The notes under the pieces: generated by a model
Told to the model about the DNA's origin: nothing
What the model saw: the letters and a program-made list of their open reading frames with translations, nothing else
Databases searched by the model: none
Part shown: in pieces, positions 29,401-36,777 of the stretch
How positions within the stretch are numbered: position 1 is the first letter of the stretch
How the letters are laid out: every line of letters begins with the position of its first letter
Source of the DNA: an uncultured Flavobacteriales bacterium
GTDB taxonomy: Bacteria; Bacteroidota; Bacteroidia; Palsa-965
Length of the DNA: 64,000 nucleotides
Direction: 5' to 3'
Assembly: GCA_937974275.1 (NCBI GenBank)
Contig: CALJIF010000032.1
Location: 1,289 to 65,288 of the forward strand
Made by a program: the position numbers and the translations under genes

Positions 29401-29634
29401 AACATTACATTAACAACCGGCGATAGTTTTTATCTGTTGTCTGATGGTTATGCGGATCAGTTTGGTGGACCACAAGGCAAGAAATTTAAACCTGCACAAT
29501 TAAAAGCTGTACTTCTAACTGTTCAGGATCATGAAATGTTTGAGCAATTACGTGTTCTGGACCAAACGATTGAAACATGGCGTGGTCACTTAGAACAAGT
29601 GGACGACATGCTCATCATTGGAGTGCGCGTTTAG
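26386..29634 (+). CDS. two-component-regulator propeller / Y_Y_Y / TM / SpoIIE(PP2C) phosphatase sensor
   Basis: Many W(I/F)GT propeller blades, the Y_Y_Y segment YKLEGFDKDW...GDYTFQVKA, one TM helix, and the C-terminal PP2C/SpoIIE segment SGDFYF...DCTGHGVPGAF...SDGYADQFGG. Confidence 0.88.
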   Translation: MMRWRATIVISVLFAALKMHAQTTSFLSYGVEQGLVQSQVQSIVQDNEGNMWIGTLAGLSRYNGRGFENFTRRNGLAEDWVTTSYKDAQGDIWFGHWAGGVSRYNSKSKKFESLNLEEYTRFRSVTAITEDQQGFFWIATEGAGIFIYDPAKNKMFSISVKDGLASENVYDLCLDGNGNMWIATDRGVTICDTRGDISSPTAYTDLNAERGFPSNAITALALMNKTSEMWVGTADKGVIVLQLPNNFIGRNAPTLLPNLRVIGEEQGLTSSFVEDICPDSRGNIWLGTTGGGAVLITPFQSSNRLQAIDKAVVKVYNTRQGLNYFNVKKIIEDREGNIWIGTDVGLNLYRGERFVLFDKRDGLSNDIVWTTLVDKSGNVWLGTNDGLTRLTFDGNTSGSSFTVTNFGITEGLRSAVVLSLFEDSRGTIWAGTGFGGVSKLEKGSSRFETYTTSEGLAGDVVYAINEDLRGNIWVGTKEGVSRIENGNGAIRNYSTDDGLGGNNVYRIFRDSKGNLWFGALGGYLSVYDGKTFTRYDETNGIIHRFILCINEDAQQNIWLGAYGGGLYKYDGRVFRNYTTKHGMSTETPYAIIADGNNKIWIGNSRGLDVFNPVDSSFSHFGKSEGFNGVEVNPNAVFADKNGNVWFGTIMGAVRYSPGENRLNTVEPLTTLTGLKIFMRDAEFPESAAFNYDQNHLTFLFNGVSLANPEKVRYIYKLEGFDKDWSPLPTTHPEAVYSNLPPGDYTFQVKACNNDGVWNKEAVTYKFTIHPPFWQTALFYVFVVFFVGFSLFGFDKWRTRKLKQQTRILEEKVAERTKELALKNEELAQKNIEVTDSIRYAKRLQDAMLQPSKDVRKSLQESFVLYKPKDIVSGDFYFMRQHGSRIYIAAVDCTGHGVPGAFMSIVTNDMLESVVENNPSDAAATLLDKLNRLMSDKMHHTIDDMQVRDGVDIALAIFNTATNELQYAGAYNQMYVFKDRRFTEYKGDKVSIGSYKEYPDKNYTNYNITLTTGDSFYLLSDGYADQFGGPQGKKFKPAQLKAVLLTVQDHEMFEQLRVLDQTIETWRGHLEQVDDMLIIGVRV

Positions 29635-29639
29635 TATTA

Positions 29640-30845
29640 TTAGCACTCGCAAATAAAGAGTTTCGAATCTTTGTTCCCTTTGTGTTTGTACAACGACTCG
29701 AATCCTACATCCGCTATAATAAAGTTGACTTTTGGAGAACGATATTCTTCCACCACGTGTTGAATGTCGAGATCACGCAATTCTTCTTTATCACCAAAAC
29801 GAATATACACACGTGTTGTAAAGTTCTTGTCCAGCAATTCGTTTCCTGCAATACGACCACCGTTGAGTGCGCGCAGCTTATTCAACTTCTTGTACGCGTA
29901 TTTGTAATTGTAGGTTAGCGCCGAAACATCCGACAACACTGCGCTTCCCGTCGGATGACTTCCCGCGCCTTTACCGACAAAACTTTGTTTACACGAAAAC
30001 GCTCCTTCTACTTCAATAGCGTTGTATTCGTATAGAATATTAAACAACTCATCTTCCTTACTGATAAAACGCGGCATCACGTACACACGAAATTTGTCTC
30101 CTGATTTCGCTGCACTGCCGATTAATTTGATGCGCAGCCCTTTTTCACGCGCATAGCGAATATCGTCGAACGAAATATTCTGAATGCCCAACGTAAGAAC
30201 ATCCTCCGGCTTCAACACAACTCCAAATGCATGCACAGACAACAAAATAGTTTTGTACATCGTATCGAATCCGGCAACATCCAACCACGGATCTGCTTCT
30301 GCAAAGCCGCTTGCTTGCGCATCTTTCAACACATCCCCATAATCTTTACTCTCCAATTCCATTCGGGTGAGAATGTAATTTGTTGTGCCGTTTAAAATGC
30401 CGCGTAAACTTCCCAGCAACTCATTGTCGTAATATTCCTCCAGTGTACGAATGATGGGAATACTACCTCCTGCAGCACCTTCATATATCAGTGCTTTGCC
30501 GGTTTCTTCCTGAACCTTGAACAGCTCCGCAAAATAGGTGGCCAACATTTTCTTACTGGCGCTTACTACATTCATTCCGTTGTTCATTGCAGTTTTCGCA
30601 ATGGCGTATGCCTCATCCGTATCGGTAATCATTTCAACTACAACATCCAGATCCTGACGGTTCAGAATATCATCTTTGTCATAAGTAATCAACGATGCAT
30701 CAACGCTTCGTTGCTTCTTCGGATCCTTTACTCCAATTCGGGCGATGTTCGCCTGCAACACTTCGGAATGATTTAATACATCGTACAAGCCCTGACCTAC
30801 GCAACCAAAGCCAAATAATGCCACTGAAATTTTCTCGTTGTTCAT
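29640..30845 (-). CDS. hom: homoserine dehydrogenase
   Basis: ATG 30845 gives MNNEKISVALFGFGCVGQG (NAD-binding fold). Typical central motifs are present, such as GILNGTTNYIL. It is the last gene of the sulfur operon. Confidence 0.88.
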   Translation of the reverse strand: MNNEKISVALFGFGCVGQGLYDVLNHSEVLQANIARIGVKDPKKQRSVDASLITYDKDDILNRQDLDVVVEMITDTDEAYAIAKTAMNNGMNVVSASKKMLATYFAELFKVQEETGKALIYEGAAGGSIPIIRTLEEYYDNELLGSLRGILNGTTNYILTRMELESKDYGDVLKDAQASGFAEADPWLDVAGFDTMYKTILLSVHAFGVVLKPEDVLTLGIQNISFDDIRYAREKGLRIKLIGSAAKSGDKFRVYVMPRFISKEDELFNILYEYNAIEVEGAFSCKQSFVGKGAGSHPTGSAVLSDVSALTYNYKYAYKKLNKLRALNGGRIAGNELLDKNFTTRVYIRFGDKEELRDLDIQHVVEEYRSPKVNFIIADVGFESLYKHKGNKDSKLFICEC

Positions 30846-30853
30846 AATTAAAT

Positions 30854-31510
30854 TTATAAGTGCAATCCACATTCTGTTTTCGATCTATTTACCCAACGTC
30901 CTTCACGCCCTCTACCCTTTACCGTACAGTGATAACATCCTACCGAATGGAACCCTTGCTTAATAAGCGGATGTTCCGGAAGTCCGAACTCTTTCATATA
31001 CGCTGCAGCTTGTGATTCCGTTAAATCAACAATCGGATAAAACTTTGTGATCTCTTCGCGGGGATCAAAAATATTCAACTGTTTACGAAACTTGTTCTGA
31101 GCGCCCATCAATCCGGAAATCCAAATTTTATAATTGGACTTGATTTTATCGAGTGGTTCAACTTTGTTAATGGAACAACACAAATCCGGATCCTTGCTCC
31201 ATGTTTGATCTTCACGCGTAAATGTATTTTTCCATTCTTCCGGTTGTAGTGTAATTACATTCAGTTCAAGCAACTTCGTCAAATCATCTTTATACTGAAG
31301 TGTTTCAGAAAAATGATACGTTGTATCCAAAAAATAAACAGGATGTTGAGGAGCAACGCGGTGCAACAAGTGCAGCAGAATCGCAGACGTTGTTCCAAAC
31401 GATGACGTAAACAAAATATCGCGCGCAGAAAACTCAGCGAACAGCTGCTTCATCCTTTGTTCCGGATTCAGAGACAAATAGGCGCGACTTTTCTCCACTG
31501 CAGCGATCAT
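30854..31510 (-). CDS. cysH: adenylyl-sulfate/phosphoadenylyl-sulfate reductase (thioredoxin-dependent); the CC...CxxC motif suggests the Fe-S APS-reductase type
   Basis: The C-terminal catalytic motif ECGLH is present. A Cys pair in DLCCSINK plus CYHC match the 4Fe-4S ligands of APS reductases. Confidence 0.88.
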   Translation of the reverse strand: MIAAVEKSRAYLSLNPEQRMKQLFAEFSARDILFTSSFGTTSAILLHLLHRVAPQHPVYFLDTTYHFSETLQYKDDLTKLLELNVITLQPEEWKNTFTREDQTWSKDPDLCCSINKVEPLDKIKSNYKIWISGLMGAQNKFRKQLNIFDPREEITKFYPIVDLTESQAAAYMKEFGLPEHPLIKQGFHSVGCYHCTVKGRGREGRWVNRSKTECGLHL

Positions 31511-32994
31511 AACCCCAACATGGTTTTTAAACTGATAATAACTACCAGAAATCCTACAAAGATGAGCCCATTACGCACCGAAATTTTAGTTGATAACCAG
31601 ATAGAAAGTGGTGCTGCTGCCATACCTCCAATCATTAATCCGACAATAATTGTCCAGTGTTCGATGCCGATCAAAAAGAAAAATGTGACAGTACTAATCA
31701 CAGCCACAAAAAATTTCGCCGCATGCGCAGAACCGATCGTGTAACGCAAATCGCGACCGCCGGCTAGTAATGTTGATGTTACAATTGGCCCCCAACCGCC
31801 GCCACCAACGGAATCCAGAAATCCACCTACAGCACCCAAAACTCCGATTCGCTTAATTTTTCGTTTCGGCTTCTTCACCATGATAGCCTTTCGGATAATC
31901 AAGATTCCCAAAAACAACGTATAACACGCTACAAAAGGCTTTAGCACCTTGAGATTAGCATTCAGTAATGATGCCGTTAATGCACCGAGCACAGCACCGA
32001 TCGCGCCGGGAATCAGTAATGAACGAAACAGTTTGCTGTTGATGTTTCGATAGCGCCAATACACCAGTGATGAAGTTCCGGTAGTTAAGATTTCGGAAGC
32101 ATGCATACTGGCACTTGCGACTGCAGGACTAACACCAAACGACATTAAAAATGTGGTTACACTCACTCCGTAGGCCATTCCTAATGCGCCATCGATCATC
32201 TGTGCAACAAACCCACCCAATATCCACCATAAGATCGATTGATCAATTTGCGCCGTTGCAATGGTGATTCCGTCCCAAATTTCGACTAATGGTATAAATG
32301 AAAAAAGTAAATGTCCGATCACCATCAAGCTCAGCACTGACAAAACATACAGTACAATTTTGTATTTCCGTTTTATCGCATGCTTGGGTGCAGCTTCTTC
32401 CACCAAAACTTTAGTGGCTTCGTTCAACACGCGTACTTTTTCTTTGAAGTCACCACGCAGATGATCGCGGAGTTGATTGAGCTGCTGAGCTGAAGTAATC
32501 GTTTCGTCGGGAATGTTTTCAGACAACACCTCTTTCAATCGCTTCGCCAAAGTAGGTGAAGTACCATTAGTACTGATTCCTATTTTTAACGGGCCCTTGC
32601 TCACCACTGCGCCTAAATAAAAATCACAATAATCGGGACGATCGGCGGCATTCAATAACAAACCGCGGGCATGAACATCATCACGAATTAACGCCGTTGT
32701 AGCGATATCATTCACACAGGAAATAACGATATGTTTTCCCTCCAAATCTTCAGGTGTGTAAGGTCTTTCCTCCAGAAAAACATTTCTATGCAAACGTGCT
32801 ATGCTGCCCACTTCTTCAATCACTTCCAACGCCACAATGGTAATTGTTACCGCCGGACTCTGTTGTAAGATATTATTCAACTTTTCTAATGCCACTGCAC
32901 CACCGCCAATAATCAACACGTGCAGGTGTTCCAATTTTAAAAAAACCGGAAACAACGTATTGTTCATTTTATCATTTGTGGTAGGTGTGCTCAT
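31507..32994 (-). CDS. fusion protein: siroheme synthase N-terminal module (precorrin-2 dehydrogenase/ferrochelatase, SirC/CysG-N) + TauE/SafE (TSUP) anion permease
   Basis: Residues ~15-200 read FPVFLKLEHLHVLIIGGGAVALEKL...GISTNGTSPTLAKRLK. Residues ~230-495 contain 7-8 TM helices with the DUF81 signature GVLGAVGGFLDSVGGGGWGPI. Confidence 0.85.
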   Translation of the reverse strand: MSTPTTNDKMNNTLFPVFLKLEHLHVLIIGGGAVALEKLNNILQQSPAVTITIVALEVIEEVGSIARLHRNVFLEERPYTPEDLEGKHIVISCVNDIATTALIRDDVHARGLLLNAADRPDYCDFYLGAVVSKGPLKIGISTNGTSPTLAKRLKEVLSENIPDETITSAQQLNQLRDHLRGDFKEKVRVLNEATKVLVEEAAPKHAIKRKYKIVLYVLSVLSLMVIGHLLFSFIPLVEIWDGITIATAQIDQSILWWILGGFVAQMIDGALGMAYGVSVTTFLMSFGVSPAVASASMHASEILTTGTSSLVYWRYRNINSKLFRSLLIPGAIGAVLGALTASLLNANLKVLKPFVACYTLFLGILIIRKAIMVKKPKRKIKRIGVLGAVGGFLDSVGGGGWGPIVTSTLLAGGRDLRYTIGSAHAAKFFVAVISTVTFFFLIGIEHWTIIVGLMIGGMAAAPLSIWLSTKISVRNGLIFVGFLVVIISLKTMLGL

Positions 32995-33692
32995 AGCGCG
33001 AGTTGGTGCTGGATAACAAATCGTATAATTCCGTGAGACTCAAATTCCGTTTCGGAACGACGCAACAACAGGTGCATTCCGGTAACAGTAACTCCCCACT
33101 GCTCATTGAACTTATATCCAAAACCACCAAATATTCTGTTTTGATCAAGGACAGCAAAGTTAATACGAGTAGCTGCAATAATGAGCTCGTTGCCCAGTAT
33201 TAAATAGGTGTTGCGTTGTTCGGTAATATAGCGATGCCATTCCGTTCGAAAGCGCGCGCGAACAGTAGCGAATTTGTAGTTCGTTTCCGGTGTTGCTATG
33301 AATCGTTGTTCAACACGCAAACGCTGTATGAACGTGTTTTTTGTTGATACCTGCTTAGCACCCCATTCTTGCCACAAGCGCCATTCACGGCGAAATGCTC
33401 CGTTATTGGGATTCGGGTACAAGTGAAAACGTGCGTAACCAATCATTACGGTATGATCATTTTTGAACTTGCGCTGAATTCCCTGGCGCCAAAGTATATT
33501 GAACCAGTCTCCATCGGTTAGTTCCAATCGGGCTTGCGCATCATTGAACAACTCCCACTTTTCGTTCAATACCAGGCGCTGCTGAAAACCGCCCCAAACA
33601 AGATAACGCGGAGTGATAGTGCGCTGCGCCAAAACCATCGCCGGCAACATCAGCATCCACGTTATCAATAGGATTATTGTAGTTCTTTTCAC
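32991..33692 (-). CDS. DUF2490-like predicted outer-membrane protein
   Basis: Signal peptide MKRTTIILLITWMLMLPAMVLAQ and aromatic/Arg-rich alternating sequence. It overlaps the next gene by 4 nt. The family assignment is from memory and tentative. Confidence 0.65.
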   Translation of the reverse strand: MKRTTIILLITWMLMLPAMVLAQRTITPRYLVWGGFQQRLVLNEKWELFNDAQARLELTDGDWFNILWRQGIQRKFKNDHTVMIGYARFHLYPNPNNGAFRREWRLWQEWGAKQVSTKNTFIQRLRVEQRFIATPETNYKFATVRARFRTEWHRYITEQRNTYLILGNELIIAATRINFAVLDQNRIFGGFGYKFNEQWGVTVTGMHLLLRRSETEFESHGIIRFVIQHQLAL

Positions 33693-33698
33693 GGTGAA

Positions 33699-34472
33699 TT
33701 AATTCAACAAATGATTTTCCAAAGCCAGCGTGTAAAGTGCCTGTGGATGTTTTCGTACCACTTCACCTACAACAATAACAGCAGGTGTTTTAATTCCTTC
33801 TTCTTGTACAACGCGCACAATAGTATCTACAGAACCGATGGCAACATTCTCAGTGGGTAACGATCCATTCTGAATTACGGCTACCGGTAAAGCACCCTTG
33901 CCGTATTGCTCATACACTTTTGTGATTTCCCGCAGTGAACTTAGGCCCATTAAAATGATCACCGTTGCTTCCGATTGCGCAGCCAAATGAATGTCATTAG
34001 GAATTTCTCCCGCAGAATTTCGTCCCGTCAGCACCCAAAAGCTTTCACTAATTCCACGATGCGTCACAGGAATACCTTGTAAAGCAGGAACACCTAGCGA
34101 ACTCGAAATGCCGGGCACAACTGCCGTTTCAATATTAAAGCGATCAGCAAATTCTAATTCTTCTGCTCCGCGTCCAAACACAAAAGGATCGCCACCTTTC
34201 AAACGAACCACGTGCCCGTGTGAAAAGGCATAATCAACGATGAGTGAGTTGATCTGATCTTGCGTTAGATGATGCGCACCTTTGCGTTTGCCAACAAATA
34301 TTTTTATGGCTTGATACGGTGCATACTTTAATAATTCGGGATTCACCAAAGCATCGTATAGAATTACATCTGCTTCACCCAACGCGTTAATTGCTTTAAT
34401 GGTTATTAATTCAGGATCTCCGGGACCAGCGCCGATAATAGTAAGTTTCGGTTGTTTATAATACGTATTCAT
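33699..34472 (-). CDS. cobA: uroporphyrinogen-III C-methyltransferase
   Basis: IIGAGPGDPELITIKA, VVRLKGGDPFVFGRG and VVPGISS are classic SUMT motifs. Confidence 0.92.
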   Translation of the reverse strand: MNTYYKQPKLTIIGAGPGDPELITIKAINALGEADVILYDALVNPELLKYAPYQAIKIFVGKRKGAHHLTQDQINSLIVDYAFSHGHVVRLKGGDPFVFGRGAEELEFADRFNIETAVVPGISSSLGVPALQGIPVTHRGISESFWVLTGRNSAGEIPNDIHLAAQSEATVIILMGLSSLREITKVYEQYGKGALPVAVIQNGSLPTENVAIGSVDTIVRVVQEEGIKTPAVIVVGEVVRKHPQALYTLALENHLLN

Positions 34473-34505
34473 GATTTCAAATTTTAGAAGTGATAAATTG
34501 TTGTT

Positions 34506-34574
34506 TTAAAAGGATGATTTGCAACAACAACATCGCATTCGACTATTCCGGAATAACTGAAGTCTTGATTTCAT
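34506..34574 (-). CDS. candidate mini-ORF MKSRLQLFRNSRMRCCCCKSSF between sir and cobA
   Basis: The ATG lies 4 nt after the sir stop. It has four consecutive Cys codons (TGT TGT TGT TGC, 34532-34521) and a stop 33 nt before the cobA ATG. It is below the ORF-track length cut-off. Confidence 0.35.
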   Translation of the reverse strand: MKSRLQLFRNSRMRCCCCKSSF

Positions 34575-34578
34575 AGTC

Positions 34579-36669
34579 TTAGTTGGTATGAATATTTTTC
34601 CTGTTCGCTAATCGCTTCTGAATAGTAGTATGTACAAACTCACGCGACTCCTTAAGGTACTTTTGCGTAAAGGATTGTGTGGGCTGTTGCTCTTTAATTT
34701 GCAACACTGCTTGTGCGAAGGCGTTGTCGGGGAATCCGTAAGCCACACCAAAGTGCGTTTGAAATTCGCTAATGACGGAAAACTGACTATTCACTTGTAT
34801 TCCATCATCTAACAAAACAGCTTTTGCTGCATGAATAATGGCATTGTAAGCATGGTAAGCAGCATCAGCAAAACGCGATTTATTGAACTGTTCTTCCGAA
34901 GCTCGAATTGCATCTTCGGCTTCATGTAACAATACAGTTACTAAGTCGATCTTCACTCCGGCGCATTCACCCACTCCCACAGCCAAAGCAAATTTTTTAT
35001 CGGAATTCCAATCGATGAGCAGATCATCCGAGATATCGTCGGTTTCCCCAAATGCTTTCAGCAATTGATAGAAATACATTTTACCCTGACGAAGAAAATA
35101 TTCGCGGTACGATTCGTCGGTTGCATTATGTTCGAAATCGTTAATTAAAACACGCAACACTGCAGGCGCGCGCTTGCTGGGGAACTTGATAATTTTTTCT
35201 GCTGCAACACCTTTTCCACCTCCAAGCACCAATTGTAACGCAGGAGCTACAGCACGTCCAATCTTCAGGGAACTTCCGTGAAAACCGATATCTGCCAATG
35301 CGTGCTGACCGCAACTATTCATGCACCCGCTGATTTTTATCGTTAAATCGCGTCTTCCGATGAAGTGCGGGAACTCATGTGCAACAACTTCTTCAAGCAC
35401 CGCAGCAACTCCGGTACTGTTGGAAATACCGAGATTGCACGTATCTGTACCCGGGCAAGATGTAATATCTCCTAATGCACTTCCTCCGGGCAAATGCAAA
35501 CCAAGAACTTGCAACGCCTGATACAAAGCGGGAACAGCCGATTCAGGAACAAAACGCAACAAAATACTTTGCTGAGGAGTTATGCGGCTATCTGATGACC
35601 GTGCATAGTGATCGATAACATCAGCAAGTGCTGCAGCGGTTGAGGAAGCTAAATCACCACGAGGAATGCGCACATGCACAGCCACATATCCCGGTTGTTT
35701 CTGAGCGATTACGCTGCTGCGTTTCCAAACATCGAATGCTTCAGAATTACTTTTCTTAAATGTGGTGAAGATACTTTTCGGTTCGTCTATGGCATTTTCA
35801 AAATCAGGAATGTTCACGTGTTGTGCTGCAAGTCCTTGTTTTTCTTCTTGCACCAAACGCAGCAATTCTTCGAGTCCGATTTTATGGAGTAAGTATTTCA
35901 ATCGTGCTTTATTTCTGTTGTTGCGCTCACCATGTCGGTCGAACACACGGAGCAAGGCTTCCGTGAACGGCACAATTTCACTTTCGGGAAGAAATTCAGA
36001 TGCGGTTTGCGCCGGAAATGGCTGTGCGCCGAGCCCACCGCCGATGACAACTTTGAATCCACGTTGCATGTTGCCGGTGACAATTTCGACACGCGGAATA
36101 AATCCGATATCGTGCATGAATGTAAATGCCGTGTCGGCTTCGGACGAGGAAAACGCAATTTTAATTTTCCGCCCCATGTCTTGACCAACAGGATTGCGCA
36201 GAAAATATCTGAAAAGAAAATCAGCGTACGGCGTTACATCAAATGGTTCACCGGAATCAATGCCTGCTTCCGGAGAAGCTGTGATATTACGAACTGTGTT
36301 ACCGCATGCTTCGCGTAATGTTAAATCGTCTTGCTCCAATTCCGCCCACAACGCAGGTGTATCATCGAGACTCACGAAATGAAATTGCACATCCTGACGT
36401 GTAGTTAAGTGTAAATTACCCGTCGCGTATTTATCGGATAATTTTGCCAATTGTCGCAATTGATTGGTGTTAAAACGCCCATACGGAATTTTTATGCGCA
36501 CCATTTGTACGCCTTGTTGGCGTTGTCCGTACACACCGCGTGCAAGACGCAGACTTCTGAATTTTTCGGGGTCAATTGCTCCGGAATGAAACTGCAGGAT
36601 TTTATGCTGCAGGTCGAGGATATCTTGTTCTACTATCGGATTTTCGAGTTCGGTTCTAAAGCTTTGCAT
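34579..36669 (-). CDS. sir: assimilatory sulfite reductase hemoprotein (ferredoxin-type NiR/SiR fold) with an extra C-terminal helical domain
   Basis: Siroheme/4Fe-4S ligands SCPGTDTC (Cx5C) and GCMNSC (Cx3C), with duplicated NiR/SiR ferredoxin-like halves. At 696 aa it is ~130-150 aa longer than the core. Confidence 0.9.
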   Translation of the reverse strand: MQSFRTELENPIVEQDILDLQHKILQFHSGAIDPEKFRSLRLARGVYGQRQQGVQMVRIKIPYGRFNTNQLRQLAKLSDKYATGNLHLTTRQDVQFHFVSLDDTPALWAELEQDDLTLREACGNTVRNITASPEAGIDSGEPFDVTPYADFLFRYFLRNPVGQDMGRKIKIAFSSSEADTAFTFMHDIGFIPRVEIVTGNMQRGFKVVIGGGLGAQPFPAQTASEFLPESEIVPFTEALLRVFDRHGERNNRNKARLKYLLHKIGLEELLRLVQEEKQGLAAQHVNIPDFENAIDEPKSIFTTFKKSNSEAFDVWKRSSVIAQKQPGYVAVHVRIPRGDLASSTAAALADVIDHYARSSDSRITPQQSILLRFVPESAVPALYQALQVLGLHLPGGSALGDITSCPGTDTCNLGISNSTGVAAVLEEVVAHEFPHFIGRRDLTIKISGCMNSCGQHALADIGFHGSSLKIGRAVAPALQLVLGGGKGVAAEKIIKFPSKRAPAVLRVLINDFEHNATDESYREYFLRQGKMYFYQLLKAFGETDDISDDLLIDWNSDKKFALAVGVGECAGVKIDLVTVLLHEAEDAIRASEEQFNKSRFADAAYHAYNAIIHAAKAVLLDDGIQVNSQFSVISEFQTHFGVAYGFPDNAFAQAVLQIKEQQPTQSFTQKYLKESREFVHTTIQKRLANRKNIHTN

Positions 36670-36725
36670 AAGTTTTATTGTAAGTTGTTTCGGATATATT
36701 TTTTTGAAAATCCGTGAGAACCGAC

Positions 36726-36760
36726 AATAAAAAAGCCCTCACGGAAATCCGGAGGGCTTC
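36726..36760 (-). terminator. intrinsic terminator / attenuator 2, ~57 nt upstream of the sir ATG
   Basis: Minus strand: AAGCCCTCCGG-ATTT-CCG(t)GAGGGCTT, 11 bp with one bulge, followed by TTTTTTATT. Confidence 0.7.
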
Positions 36761-36777
36761 GCTCAACACACCAACAA

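Noticed and set aside
35674-36382. Several plus-strand ORFs (72-140 aa) inside the sulfite reductase gene
   Set aside because: They are fully contained in a 696-aa ORF with unambiguous SiR motifs and have no recognisable features of their own.
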